A stretch of 32,000 nt of DNA from Pseudodesulfovibrio piezophilus C1TLV30 (GTDB taxonomy: Bacteria; Desulfobacterota; Desulfovibrionia; Desulfovibrionales; Desulfovibrionaceae): contig NC_020409.1 in the NCBI RefSeq assembly GCF_000341895.1, positions 2,310,001 to 2,342,000 on the forward strand, read 5' to 3'. The translations under genes and the position numbers were made by a program. Shown piece by piece: positions 1 through 7,619 of the stretch (the stretch's first letter is position 1; each line of letters opens with the position of its first letter). Below the pieces are notes generated by a model, which was not told the origin of the DNA, made no database searches, and was given only the letters and a program-made list of their open reading frames with translations.

Positions 1-578
1 GCTTCCTCTTGAGTTGAAAAGGCTCCGGCCTGGACACGAAAAAGCCCTGTATCCGTCCTGACTAATTGGGACCCCTTGTACCCAGCCGCAATAAGCTTGG
101 ACAGGGCTTTATTGGCATTTTCCAAATCGGAAAAAGCACCCACCTGGATATAATATGCGCCACCGGTCATGACTGTGGAGGTCTCTTCCATCGCCTCACT
201 GACAGCAGCGAGAGTCTCTTTTTCCTCACGAACCTCAGCCGTGATTTCGGCTTTGGCCGGGGCAGCTTCCGCTGCCGAAGCTGTCACTTTTTCCTCGACT
301 TTGCCCACAGACTCTTCAGCCAGATCACTCTCTTCCACCTTGGGAGCCGGAGCATTGGCCTCGGTCGGAGCATCCACAACATATGTTTCTTCGATGACCT
401 CGGGTGTCTCTTCCACCACTTCAGGTCGTACAGCCTGTTGAGGAGCGGCCTTGACGGACTGGGCCGGTCGTTGGGCCGGAGGTGATGAAACTATATGCTT
501 GCGGAAGCACCCCCCCAGGGAAAACACGACCATAACCGCGGCCACGGTCGAGAGAAGCGTACAAAGATGTTTTTTCAT
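1..578 (-). CDS. SPOR-domain lipoprotein (C-terminus runs off the window edge)
   Basis: Absent from the ORF track because it is open to position 1. My translation from ATG 578..576 gives MKKHLCTLLSTVAAVMVVFSLGGCF (signal peptide plus LGGC lipobox). An acidic Pro/Ala/Glu-rich linker follows, then YYIQVGAFSDLENANKALSKLIAAGYKGSQLVRTDTGLFRVQAGAFSTQEEA, a SPOR repeat signature. GGAGG lies 8 nt upstream of the ATG. No in-frame stop down to position 1. Track ORFs 66..485 and 169..441 (+) are antisense shadows of this gene. Confidence 0.8.
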   Translation of the reverse strand, partial: MKKHLCTLLSTVAAVMVVFSLGGCFRKHIVSSPPAQRPAQSVKAAPQQAVRPEVVEETPEVIEETYVVDAPTEANAPAPKVEESDLAEESVGKVEEKVTASAAEAAPAKAEITAEVREEKETLAAVSEAMEETSTVMTGGAYYIQVGAFSDLENANKALSKLIAAGYKGSQLVRTDTGLFRVQAGAFSTQEE

Positions 579-757
579 GAAATATTCCTCCTTGCGATCA
601 TCAGATGCGTGGGAACGGAAGTAGCACGCAGCAATTCACCAAGTCTAGAGTTAATCTAAATTACAAGACAATTGCCTTACTTGGCAAGAGAAGGAATAAA
701 AAGGTGTCACTCATGATGAAGGGGAGCACCATTGATCCGCCCGATATGCTGAAGAGT

Positions 758-1504
758 CTACCAGACTGCGTCCGCCAGTGAGCCTTTCATATCATAAGGG
801 AACGTTTTCTTGCCCACTGTCATCTGCCCCTTGAGATCAAAAGACGTCTGGTACAAATCGACCGGATTGAGCAGCCCTCTTCCTGAAGCCTTGACTGATA
901 AGGGTTTTCCCATGGAAAAATCACGGATAGTCATATCCTGTCCCTTGATCTCGGAAGTGAACGCGAGATCCTCAACAACCTTTTCATCAGGAAGAATGAG
1001 ATGCTGCGAGCGGATATCCACCCAGCCATTCCGGGGAAGTATAGCACCTTCGGGCATGAAAAGATTTCCGGCCACATGCAGAATACCCTTGAGATCCGCT
1101 CCCCCCAAAAGCGCGGTCAGGTTAAGGTCGCCTTCAAAGTCGAAGGTGCCATTCTGAAAGAGGTTCAATTCGCATTCGGAACTGCCGGTATCGAGTCGGA
1201 CCTTGGCCAGAGGCGAAAAACCAATGGAAACATAGGCTTGATGAAACGCCAGATTTCCCGGAGTATCGGCTAGAGTGACCTTGAGTTCGCGAACACGAAA
1301 TCCAAAGGGACCATCCTTGTCAATGGAATCCCACCGCAGTCCCACGGTCGGAAGCCTTTCGTCCAACGAGGCAAGGGCTGACGACCAGAGCTTGTTCCAC
1401 GGCGTAAAAAGCGCGATGCCCAGAGCAAAACCGAAGAACATGAGAAAAAATCGGGCGAGAATTCGACCGGGAAGCGAGGATGTTTTCTTGAAAGGAGATG
1501 CCAT
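758..1504 (-). CDS. GspN-like (type II secretion / pilus-assembly accessory) single-pass membrane protein
   Basis: Track ORF 758..1510. I prefer ATG 1504 because GAGGA sits 6 nt upstream, whereas 1510 is a TTG. It has an N-terminal TM helix (ILARFFLMFFGFALGIALF) followed by a ~210-aa periplasmic region. It starts 3 nt after the stop of the GspM-like gene. The family call rests on topology, size and gene order only. Confidence 0.45.
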   Translation of the reverse strand: MASPFKKTSSLPGRILARFFLMFFGFALGIALFTPWNKLWSSALASLDERLPTVGLRWDSIDKDGPFGFRVRELKVTLADTPGNLAFHQAYVSIGFSPLAKVRLDTGSSECELNLFQNGTFDFEGDLNLTALLGGADLKGILHVAGNLFMPEGAILPRNGWVDIRSQHLILPDEKVVEDLAFTSEIKGQDMTIRDFSMGKPLSVKASGRGLLNPVDLYQTSFDLKGQMTVGKKTFPYDMKGSLADAVW

Positions 1505-1513
1505 GATCAATCC

Positions 1514-2011
1514 TCAACGGGCCAAGACGAAATGCGCGTCAGCAAGACGCGGATCATCCGGGTTGCGAGTCAGAATACAACTGGGCGTTTGCAAGCTCGC
1601 CCTGTCGCGCAGGGCAACCATGAAAGAGGTCAGTTTATTGAGAGAAAGCCCCGAGAATGTCACCTGAATGCCTTTTATATCATCATCTACAACTGTTGAG
1701 CGAATGGAGGTCAGATTCTTCTCAATGACCAAATCATCAATGATGGCCCAGGTCGCATCTTCCACACTCAAATGTGTCAGCGCACCCTGTTGGGCGCGTA
1801 ATGCTTTGATATCCTGTACGATAGGAACGACACGGCCATACTGTTCCTTGCTCTCAGCAATACGCTGTTCCAAAGAACCGGAAAAAAGCTTGAGGCCTAT
1901 AGAAATGGACAGGACACTCACTATGGTCCCCAAAAGAATCATCCGAAAAAATCGCTTTTGCGATTCTCTGGGCCAGAAGCTCCAGAAATATACCGGAGGC
2001 TGTTTTTTCAT
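1514..2011 (-). CDS. GspM-like type II secretion accessory protein
   Basis: 165 aa with an N-terminal TM helix (FFRMILLGTIVSVLSISIGL) and then a coiled segment. The C-terminal region IQVTFSGLSLNKLTSFMVALRDRASLQTPSCILTRNPDDPRLADAHFVLAR resembles the GspM C-terminal pattern. Its start shares an ATGA overlap with the upstream gene's stop (2008..2011). Confidence 0.5.
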   Translation of the reverse strand: MKKQPPVYFWSFWPRESQKRFFRMILLGTIVSVLSISIGLKLFSGSLEQRIAESKEQYGRVVPIVQDIKALRAQQGALTHLSVEDATWAIIDDLVIEKNLTSIRSTVVDDDIKGIQVTFSGLSLNKLTSFMVALRDRASLQTPSCILTRNPDDPRLADAHFVLAR

Positions 2012-2568
2012 TGTGGCTCCACAATCAGGCTGAACGTAATGCCACCGAAGACTTCTTCCCGTTTTTCAAGGGAAAAAAGATAGTATTCATCGTTGGTCAG
2101 GTCGGAAATATACGTGTCAAACTCCTCGACATTCGGCCCGAAGAACCCTCGCGCCCTGGCCTTTTTCCCATCCAGCGTCAAGCCTTCCAGGCGGAGACTC
2201 TCCACTGCCGGGCGGCTCAGAGCTGCCAGAACGGAAACCGGGTCGAGACCGATGCGATTCGTGGCAGCGAGTTTTCCATAGGCAAATTGCAGCCTGCCAA
2301 AAGGAGAATTCCCGATATCCGGGCCAAGGACTGAAATATATAATTTGTCGGTCTCGTCCAATATCTGATTGAGTTGTTGCAGGTTGAAGCCGTACCGCAG
2401 GAGTTGTCCTGTCAGAAAAAAGCCGCAAATAACCACAACCCAGACCAGATTCTGAAGAAAACGTCTGGATGCGAGAGCCGACTCCCGACTCACCGTCCTG
2501 CCCGTGGATGTGGACGAAATCGGCTCCGAAGCCCTGTCTTGTATCTTTCCTGCCGTCATTCCGCCCAA
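2008..2568 (-). CDS. GspL C-terminal / PilN-like membrane protein
   Basis: 186 aa with a TM helix (LVWVVVICGFFLTGQLL) followed by a ~125-aa periplasmic domain. It is the first gene of a 3-gene overlapping set. The start is uncertain: 2568 is a TTG, an ATG lies at 2559, and neither has a clear SD. It lacks the cytoplasmic actin-like half of a full GspL. Confidence 0.4.
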   Translation of the reverse strand: MGGMTAGKIQDRASEPISSTSTGRTVSRESALASRRFLQNLVWVVVICGFFLTGQLLRYGFNLQQLNQILDETDKLYISVLGPDIGNSPFGRLQFAYGKLAATNRIGLDPVSVLAALSRPAVESLRLEGLTLDGKKARARGFFGPNVEEFDTYISDLTNDEYYLFSLEKREEVFGGITFSLIVEPQ

Positions 2569-2656
2569 ATACGCGAAACCGACAGTCGGGGCAAGCCTTG
2601 CACATCGTCACACACAGGTCATGCAGCGAACAAATGTGAGTGTGTATTGTCACTGC

Positions 2657-3289
2657 ATGAAGTGGAAATCCCTGCTCTGGCTCGAATTCCTGACCCTCTT
2701 TGGCGCTTTGCCCCTCGCCTATGCCCTGGGTCTGATCCCTCTGCCCAGAATCCCTATACTGTTGGTCATCTTCGCGGCCAGCCTGATTTATCTTGTACGA
2801 CACCCTGACTTCAATCACCGGGAACTGATACATGGGTTGCGCGGGCATTCAAGAGAAATTCGAAACATCTTCATCCGATCAGGCTGTGTCGCCGTCATCT
2901 GCATGGCTGCCGTCCTGATGATCGACCCATATCTGCTCTTTGGCTTTCCCCGAAGCCGTCCACTCTTGTGGCTCGGAGTAATGCTTCTGTATCCGCTCCT
3001 GTCCGCCTACCCGCAGGAGATCATCTACCGGGCATTTCTCTTCACCCGCTACAAATCCATTCTGCCGTCATCGTCGGTGATCCTCTGGGCCAGTACGCTG
3101 GCTTTCGCATTTCTGCATATCGTGTTCGCCAACTGGCTGGCTGTGGCATTCACCCTCCCGGCAGGATATATCTTCACGCGGACGTATGTCAGAACCGAAT
3201 CCCTGCTCCTGACATCCATGGAACACGCCCTGTACGGCTGTATTGTCTTTACCTCCGGCCTGGGCCGTTTCTTCTATACCCCATCATAA
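2657..3289 (+). CDS. CPBP-family (CAAX/Abi) intramembrane metalloprotease
   Basis: Track ORF 2504..3289 begins at a GTG and would run into the divergent gene. ATG 2657 (MKWKSLLWLEFLTLFGALPLAYALG) gives a 210-aa polytopic protein. Motifs seen: PQEIIYRAF (EExxxR-like), FAFLHIVF (FxxxH) and SMEHALYG (Hxxx). Confidence 0.7.
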   Translation: MKWKSLLWLEFLTLFGALPLAYALGLIPLPRIPILLVIFAASLIYLVRHPDFNHRELIHGLRGHSREIRNIFIRSGCVAVICMAAVLMIDPYLLFGFPRSRPLLWLGVMLLYPLLSAYPQEIIYRAFLFTRYKSILPSSSVILWASTLAFAFLHIVFANWLAVAFTLPAGYIFTRTYVRTESLLLTSMEHALYGCIVFTSGLGRFFYTPS

Positions 3290-3312
3290 AAAACCCCGGA
3301 GAGTTCCGGGGT
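3288..3312. terminator. Shared hairpin terminator between the convergent CPBP gene and the 11-gene operon
   Basis: The stem is ccccgga (3294..3300) paired with tccgggg (3305..3311), with a gagt loop. An A6 run on the plus strand precedes it, which reads as a T-run after the hairpin on the minus strand. That makes it a good rho-independent terminator for the minus-strand operon and a weaker one for the plus strand. Confidence 0.6.
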
Positions 3313-3347
3313 GTTAAAGACATGTTTATTCCGACATCGTTATCAAC

Positions 3348-3788
3348 TTATTTATCCGATATTGTGAACGACCCTTTGGTCTTCTGCCCATCATCGTCCC
3401 AAAATATTTCAATTGAGCATTTGGCCTTGTCTTTCTTGCGACTCAGTTTCATTTCGAAAAAAACTTCCTCTGCCACACCGAGGCTGACGGTCTGTTCTCC
3501 ATCCCTGACCCTGATAAGCCCGCTTTCCAATGAGTGCGTCAAATCTTTGAGGTGGGTAACGACCTGCTCTATTCCCATGGTTTCCTTGATCTTGACCTTG
3601 GCCTTTTCCATTATTTTCTCCTTGTTGGCGGGACCGGAATCAGGTGGCAGAAAAAAACCGCCGTTTGCGACGACCGGAATCGGAGTGAGACCGGTCGTAT
3701 CGGTGATCGGGATCTCCACCGGTTTGGCAACGGCATTGGGATCAACCCAACTCAACGGATTGGCTCCGAGCCTCTTGTCACTACTCAT
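3348..3788 (-). CDS. amphi-Trp-domain protein with an N-terminal extension; candidate ParA partner
   Basis: Track ORF 3348..3929. I prefer the internal ATG at 3788 (MSSDKRLGANPLSWV...), which has GGGAG 5 nt upstream and overlaps the ParA stop by 8 nt (ATGAGTAG). The C-terminal ~70 aa (IEQVVTHLKDLTHSLESGLIRVRDGEQTVSLGVAEEVFFEMKLSRKKDKAKCSIEIFWDD) aligns by eye with the two other amphi-Trp ORFs, including the terminal Trp. Confidence 0.7.
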   Translation of the reverse strand: MSSDKRLGANPLSWVDPNAVAKPVEIPITDTTGLTPIPVVANGGFFLPPDSGPANKEKIMEKAKVKIKETMGIEQVVTHLKDLTHSLESGLIRVRDGEQTVSLGVAEEVFFEMKLSRKKDKAKCSIEIFWDDDGQKTKGSFTISDK

Positions 3789-4542
3789 GGGGTCTCCCTC
3801 GACGAAGCACTTCCAGAGCCAGGTTCCGATAGTCGGCGGCCCCATTGCTGCGTGGTTTGTAGGTGAATATGTCCTGCCCGAAACTCGGTGCTTCAGCCAG
3901 GGAGATGTTGTCGCGGATACTCGTTTCAAGAAGGTCGCCCTTGAAATAGTCCCGGATATTGCGTTGAATTTCTCGATTCAGTTTCTTCTGTCGCTGAAAT
4001 CGGGTCAGCACGATACCGGCCAGGGCAAGATGCGGATTCCACCCGGACCTGATGGCTCCCACGGTTTCCATCAGCTTGCCGAGACTTTGCAGGGCGAGAA
4101 ATTCGGGTTGAACCGGAACCAATAATTCGGTTCCCGCCACGAGCGCATTCAATGAAAGTAATCCGAGGTTCGGCGGACAATCCATGAGGCAGAAATCATA
4201 CCCCTCAACACCCTCAAGAGCCGCCTTGAGTCGGGTTTCACGATTCCCGACTCCAGCCAGCTCCACTTCGGTTCCGGCCAGGGCCACCGAAGCGGGAACA
4301 ACGTCCAGATCCCCAACCCTGCGAGCAACGTCGGCAAGGGCGCATTCGCCCGTCAGCACGGCTCCCATGGTGCGTGGTAACTCATGAGCCATGATCCCCA
4401 GTGAATACGTCAGATGCGCCTGGGGATCGAGATCGAGCAGAAGCACACGCTGCTTTTGCCGAGCAAGGCCAGCACCGAGATTGACCGTTGTCGAGGTCTT
4501 ACCGACCCCACCCTTCTGATTAAGAATGACGAGTGTTCGCAT
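3781..4542 (-). CDS. ParA/Soj/MinD-family P-loop ATPase (orphan, no ParB nearby)
   Basis: 253 aa. MRTLVILNQKGGVGKTSTTVNLG carries the deviant Walker A KGGxxGK[ST]. Also present are LLLDLDPQ, MDCPP (Walker B region) and a typical ParA C-terminal half. Confidence 0.9.
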   Translation of the reverse strand: MRTLVILNQKGGVGKTSTTVNLGAGLARQKQRVLLLDLDPQAHLTYSLGIMAHELPRTMGAVLTGECALADVARRVGDLDVVPASVALAGTEVELAGVGNRETRLKAALEGVEGYDFCLMDCPPNLGLLSLNALVAGTELLVPVQPEFLALQSLGKLMETVGAIRSGWNPHLALAGIVLTRFQRQKKLNREIQRNIRDYFKGDLLETSIRDNISLAEAPSFGQDIFTYKPRSNGAADYRNLALEVLRRGRPHE

Positions 4543-4579
4543 GGCGCTCCCGTGGACTCCTCTCCGACATTGCTCTTTC

Positions 4580-4759
4580 CTATTGGGTGACGAGAGCGAT
4601 CTTGCGAATCACGTATTCCCGTCCATGTTCATCCGTTACCTTGTTGATTCGCGAAAGTATTTTCTCCCGTTCTTCATCCTCCAGATTTTCCTCGTCACGA
4701 ATACAGAACAGGTCACAGACTTCCTTCCATTCGAAACTTCGCTTGGTTTCCTGAGTCAT
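4580..4759 (-). CDS. Small acidic hypothetical protein (59 aa), below the ORF-track length cutoff
   Basis: My translation is MTQETKRSFEWKEVCDLFCIRDEENLEDEEREKILSRINKVTDEHGREYVIRKIALVTQ*. A strong SD (GGAGGAAACA) sits immediately before the ATG at 4759. The ORF fills the otherwise empty 247-nt gap between two operon genes on the same strand. Confidence 0.6.
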   Translation of the reverse strand: MTQETKRSFEWKEVCDLFCIRDEENLEDEEREKILSRINKVTDEHGREYVIRKIALVTQ

Positions 4760-4789
4760 TGTTTCCTCCGGACGCGAACGTCCACATGT

Positions 4790-5296
4790 TCATTTTTTCG
4801 GCTTTGTGGCCGCAACGTGACGCGAAGCGGTCTTCTTGGCCGGAGATTTTTTGGCAGAAGCCTTTTTTTTCACGGTTTTCTTTTCTGCGGAAGGACCGGC
4901 AACCGGCGATGTCACTGCCGGCGGTTCGGCTGAGACCCTTTCGGCCGGGACCGCGCTCACCTTTTCCGCCGGAACAGCAGCAGGTTGAACGGCAGTCATC
5001 TCCGATCCCGGACTTGTGACCGGAGCCAGATCATCTTTAGGGATTGTATCGCCAATGACGAAATCACCATTGCTCCCCTCGGTCCATGTCAGCTCAAAAG
5101 AAAATTTCTGTTTGCCTTTCTTGACCTTGGCCTCAACTTCAATCCCCACGGTTTCCGCCGGAGTCAGGCTGACATGATCACCATCACGACTGACGACGAT
5201 AGTACCGGATTTGAAGCTCTCAAGCAGGGCCTCCATGTAGGCGACTGCCTCAGTGTAGGTCAGGGTCATCTTAACGTCGATTTTCTGCTTTTCCAT
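4790..5296 (-). CDS. amphi-Trp-domain protein with a Pro/Ala repeat linker and a Lys-rich histone-H1-like tail
   Basis: The N-terminal 73 aa (…AYMEALLESFKSGTIVVSRDGDHVSLTPAETVGIEVEAKVKKGKQKFSFELTWTE) are paralogous to 10182..10448. A tandem AVPAEKVS/AVPAERVS repeat follows (4931..4978). The tail is AEKKTVKKKASAKKSPAKKTASRHVAATKPKK (4793..4888). GAGGAAGG lies upstream of the ATG. Confidence 0.8.
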   Translation of the reverse strand: MEKQKIDVKMTLTYTEAVAYMEALLESFKSGTIVVSRDGDHVSLTPAETVGIEVEAKVKKGKQKFSFELTWTEGSNGDFVIGDTIPKDDLAPVTSPGSEMTAVQPAAVPAEKVSAVPAERVSAEPPAVTSPVAGPSAEKKTVKKKASAKKSPAKKTASRHVAATKPKK

Positions 5297-5324
5297 GGGA
5301 ATCCTTCCTCATCTGGTTGAAACG

Positions 5325-6509
5325 CTATGTCAGTGAGAGCAGCACCCGTGTCAGGTTGTGCTCGTCAATCAAGGGGCTGCTTGCCTCGGTTACCAGTGGA
5401 CAATCAATGACCTTCAATCCCATTGCCTCCAGTTCCCTGCGGCCAAGGCCACCCTGATAACGCCCCTGTTTCGTATCAACTACCACGAATTCGACACCGA
5501 CTCCATGCTCAGGCGCTCCACTTTGGTGCAGATACGTGTTGAGCAAAGCAGCCTGATCGGCCACACTCAACCCCTGCGCCTCTGGATCATTGCCGGTATT
5601 GGGAACAAAAACCTTGGGGCATGTATTGGCCGCGACTGCCTCTCCCACGCCATATGGCAGCAAATTGGCAACGACGCTGGAATAGAAGCTTCCAATAGGG
5701 TAGCAGATGAGGTCTGCCTCGGCGATACGCTCTTTGATCTTGTTGCGTACAGATGCCGTGACCGATTCCTGGCTGGTTAGGGAATCGGTCAACCAAATAT
5801 CACGGATGGGCGTGACGAGAGGAGCTGTCTCCTTGCCCGTAATGGCATGTTGGCCCACGATGACATTGCCATCCTCCAGCCGCACGGCCAGGTGCAAGTC
5901 CTTGTTGATCGTCGGCCGCACAATGCCACACACCTGCACCAGCTTGGAAAATATGTAGATGACCGGATCGAGCTGACGCCTGTTTTGCAGATACCCTGCC
6001 GTGAGCACTAGGTTGCCGATACTGGCTCCCTTGAGATCGAAATCTGTCGGCATGATATCCATGAACTGATGAAAATGATTTCGTATGATCTTGCGCATGG
6101 GATCGGGAATGGCACGCACCAGCGGATGTCTTCCCGCTGCCATGCTCTCCAGCTCGGCCTCCAGGTCGGCCTGTTTGGATTCTTTGGAAAGCCGATGGGC
6201 AAAGAGATCAAATATGGCGGGGTTGCCCTTCACTGATTGATCGGCCAAAGCCATGAGTCGATTGCGAATATCACCGACCGCAGGCATGCCGAACGCGCCC
6301 CGGATGACAGCTGAACTGCCCCCGGAATCAAAAGGGGTGATCAAGTGGATGGAATTATGGGTATAACAGATCAATTCGCGCGAAGTTTTGCGGAGGGCGG
6401 TTCCACCACTGAAAAAGAGAATCCTCGGTCCCAATTCCGGGGATTTTCGATATAATTCCAGCTTGAACGGGTCGGGGATTTCGACCTCTCTGGTAACGCT
6501 GATCCGCAT
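5325..6509 (-). CDS. CofD/YvcK-family protein (from memory, named 'GAK system CofD-like protein')
   Basis: 394 aa. ILFFSGGTALRKTSRELICYTHNSIHLITPFDSGGSSAVIRGAFGMPAVGDIRNRLMALAD matches the GGGTG…D(S/D)GGSSG…GDxRN core of the CofD/YvcK (UPF0052) family. GGGAG lies 5 nt upstream of the ATG. Confidence 0.8.
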   Translation of the reverse strand: MRISVTREVEIPDPFKLELYRKSPELGPRILFFSGGTALRKTSRELICYTHNSIHLITPFDSGGSSAVIRGAFGMPAVGDIRNRLMALADQSVKGNPAIFDLFAHRLSKESKQADLEAELESMAAGRHPLVRAIPDPMRKIIRNHFHQFMDIMPTDFDLKGASIGNLVLTAGYLQNRRQLDPVIYIFSKLVQVCGIVRPTINKDLHLAVRLEDGNVIVGQHAITGKETAPLVTPIRDIWLTDSLTSQESVTASVRNKIKERIAEADLICYPIGSFYSSVVANLLPYGVGEAVAANTCPKVFVPNTGNDPEAQGLSVADQAALLNTYLHQSGAPEHGVGVEFVVVDTKQGRYQGGLGRRELEAMGLKVIDCPLVTEASSPLIDEHNLTRVLLSLT

Positions 6510-6527
6510 GGCTACTCCCTGCCTATC

Positions 6528-7619
6528 TCAAGACAGTATGCCGGTTTCCATATACTTCAGACAGATATCAGCGGCCTTTTCAAAATCAACCCCTCCGGAA
6601 ATCTCGATAAGGTTTGTCCGGGAGAGCATGTCGGCATATGCCTCGATCCCCGGATCTTCCCGGCGGTCCGGATTTTGTGGCAGATAGAACAGGCCCGTCC
6701 CCTTCATGAAGGCAGGCAGCAGATCCTCACGGTCGTGGGGATCGACCAGTGCCACGCGCATATCACCGCCCTCCCGCTTCCAGTTGAGTATGACGAGAGC
6801 ATCCATGGTGCTTTTCAGGGAAAACCTGCCCGGACCGTAGCACTCATCAATAAGAGCATCATATTTATGCTCCAATTGCCACAAATCCTCCGTGGGCATG
6901 GCAAGGAACTCTTCACGGAGTTCAGATTCCACTATCCGGCTCAGGTCTGGATTATTCAAGGCGGTTCCAGGGTTGATCCGTGGTTGTTTGGCAACACCGA
7001 ACATGGTCAGTCCTTCACCGCTCTCCTCGACCATGATTCTGTCATTACTGACAAAAGTCGTGCCCTTGCTCATCAGATGCAGGGCCAATGTGGACTTCCC
7101 CGCACCGGAAAAACCAGCCAATGATATTCCGCGTTCATTGTGAATAACTCCGGCAGCATGCCCAAGAAACCCACCCATGTTGAGCTTCCACTCTATGAAT
7201 CTGTTGTTGATGAAGTTGATAACCTGGTTGGAATTGTCCAGGCAGGGACCTATGGCGCAATTTTCACCCTGACCAAAAATAAAATGCATGCCTGTTAGCC
7301 TCTTGCGGACAATTCTGCCGTCAGCCAGGTCCACCCATTCTTCCTTGATTTTGGTTTTTCCCGGATCCGGTGTTTTGACGGAAAAATCAAAATCAAGAGC
7401 CAGGGTATGACACTCGTGAGCAGAGACTGTAATCATCGCAGCCCCGGAAGTGGTGACAAACTCCTTGAAATAGTCAGCCAAGGCTTCATGCAAGGCCGCA
7501 GTGGAACTGTCCACCCGGATGAGACACCCGCCGAAATCGAGAAAAAGGGTATGCGTCGCCGGTATGTCATTCCTGATCCGGCCGACCAGCTCTTCTCTGG
7601 TGTTTCCTGTCAACTTCAT
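6528..7619 (-). CDS. HprK-related P-loop kinase
   Basis: Track ORF 6528..7625. ATG 7619 is preferred because GGAG sits 8 nt upstream and it forms an ATGA overlap with the ATP-grasp stop. ISLAGFSGAGKSTLALHLMSKGTTFVSNDRIMV resembles the HPr kinase/phosphorylase Walker A region plus the downstream (V/A)xDD-type motif. Confidence 0.7.
   Translation of the reverse strand: MKLTGNTREELVGRIRNDIPATHTLFLDFGGCLIRVDSSTAALHEALADYFKEFVTTSGAAMITVSAHECHTLALDFDFSVKTPDPGKTKIKEEWVDLADGRIVRKRLTGMHFIFGQGENCAIGPCLDNSNQVINFINNRFIEWKLNMGGFLGHAAGVIHNERGISLAGFSGAGKSTLALHLMSKGTTFVSNDRIMVEESGEGLTMFGVAKQPRINPGTALNNPDLSRIVESELREEFLAMPTEDLWQLEHKYDALIDECYGPGRFSLKSTMDALVILNWKREGGDMRVALVDPHDREDLLPAFMKGTGLFYLPQNPDRREDPGIEAYADMLSRTNLIEISGGVDFEKAADICLKYMETGILS

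Noticed and set aside
66-485. 139-aa and 90-aa plus-strand ORFs at the window start
   Set aside because: Both are antisense to the SPOR lipoprotein gene (1..578, minus), which has a lipobox, a SPOR signature and a strong SD.
2117-2848. 243-aa minus-strand ORF bridging the GspL-like gene and the CPBP gene
   Set aside because: It is an alternative frame overlapping two better-supported genes on both strands. Its Arg/Gly/Gln-rich composition is typical of an off-frame translation.
2968-4125. 385-aa plus-strand ORF spanning the CPBP gene's 3' end, the terminator, and the amphi-Trp and ParA genes
   Set aside because: It is an out-of-frame or antisense shadow. It crosses a terminator hairpin and overlaps three well-supported genes. 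Its low-complexity Ser/Pro/Leu-rich translation has no recognisable motifs.
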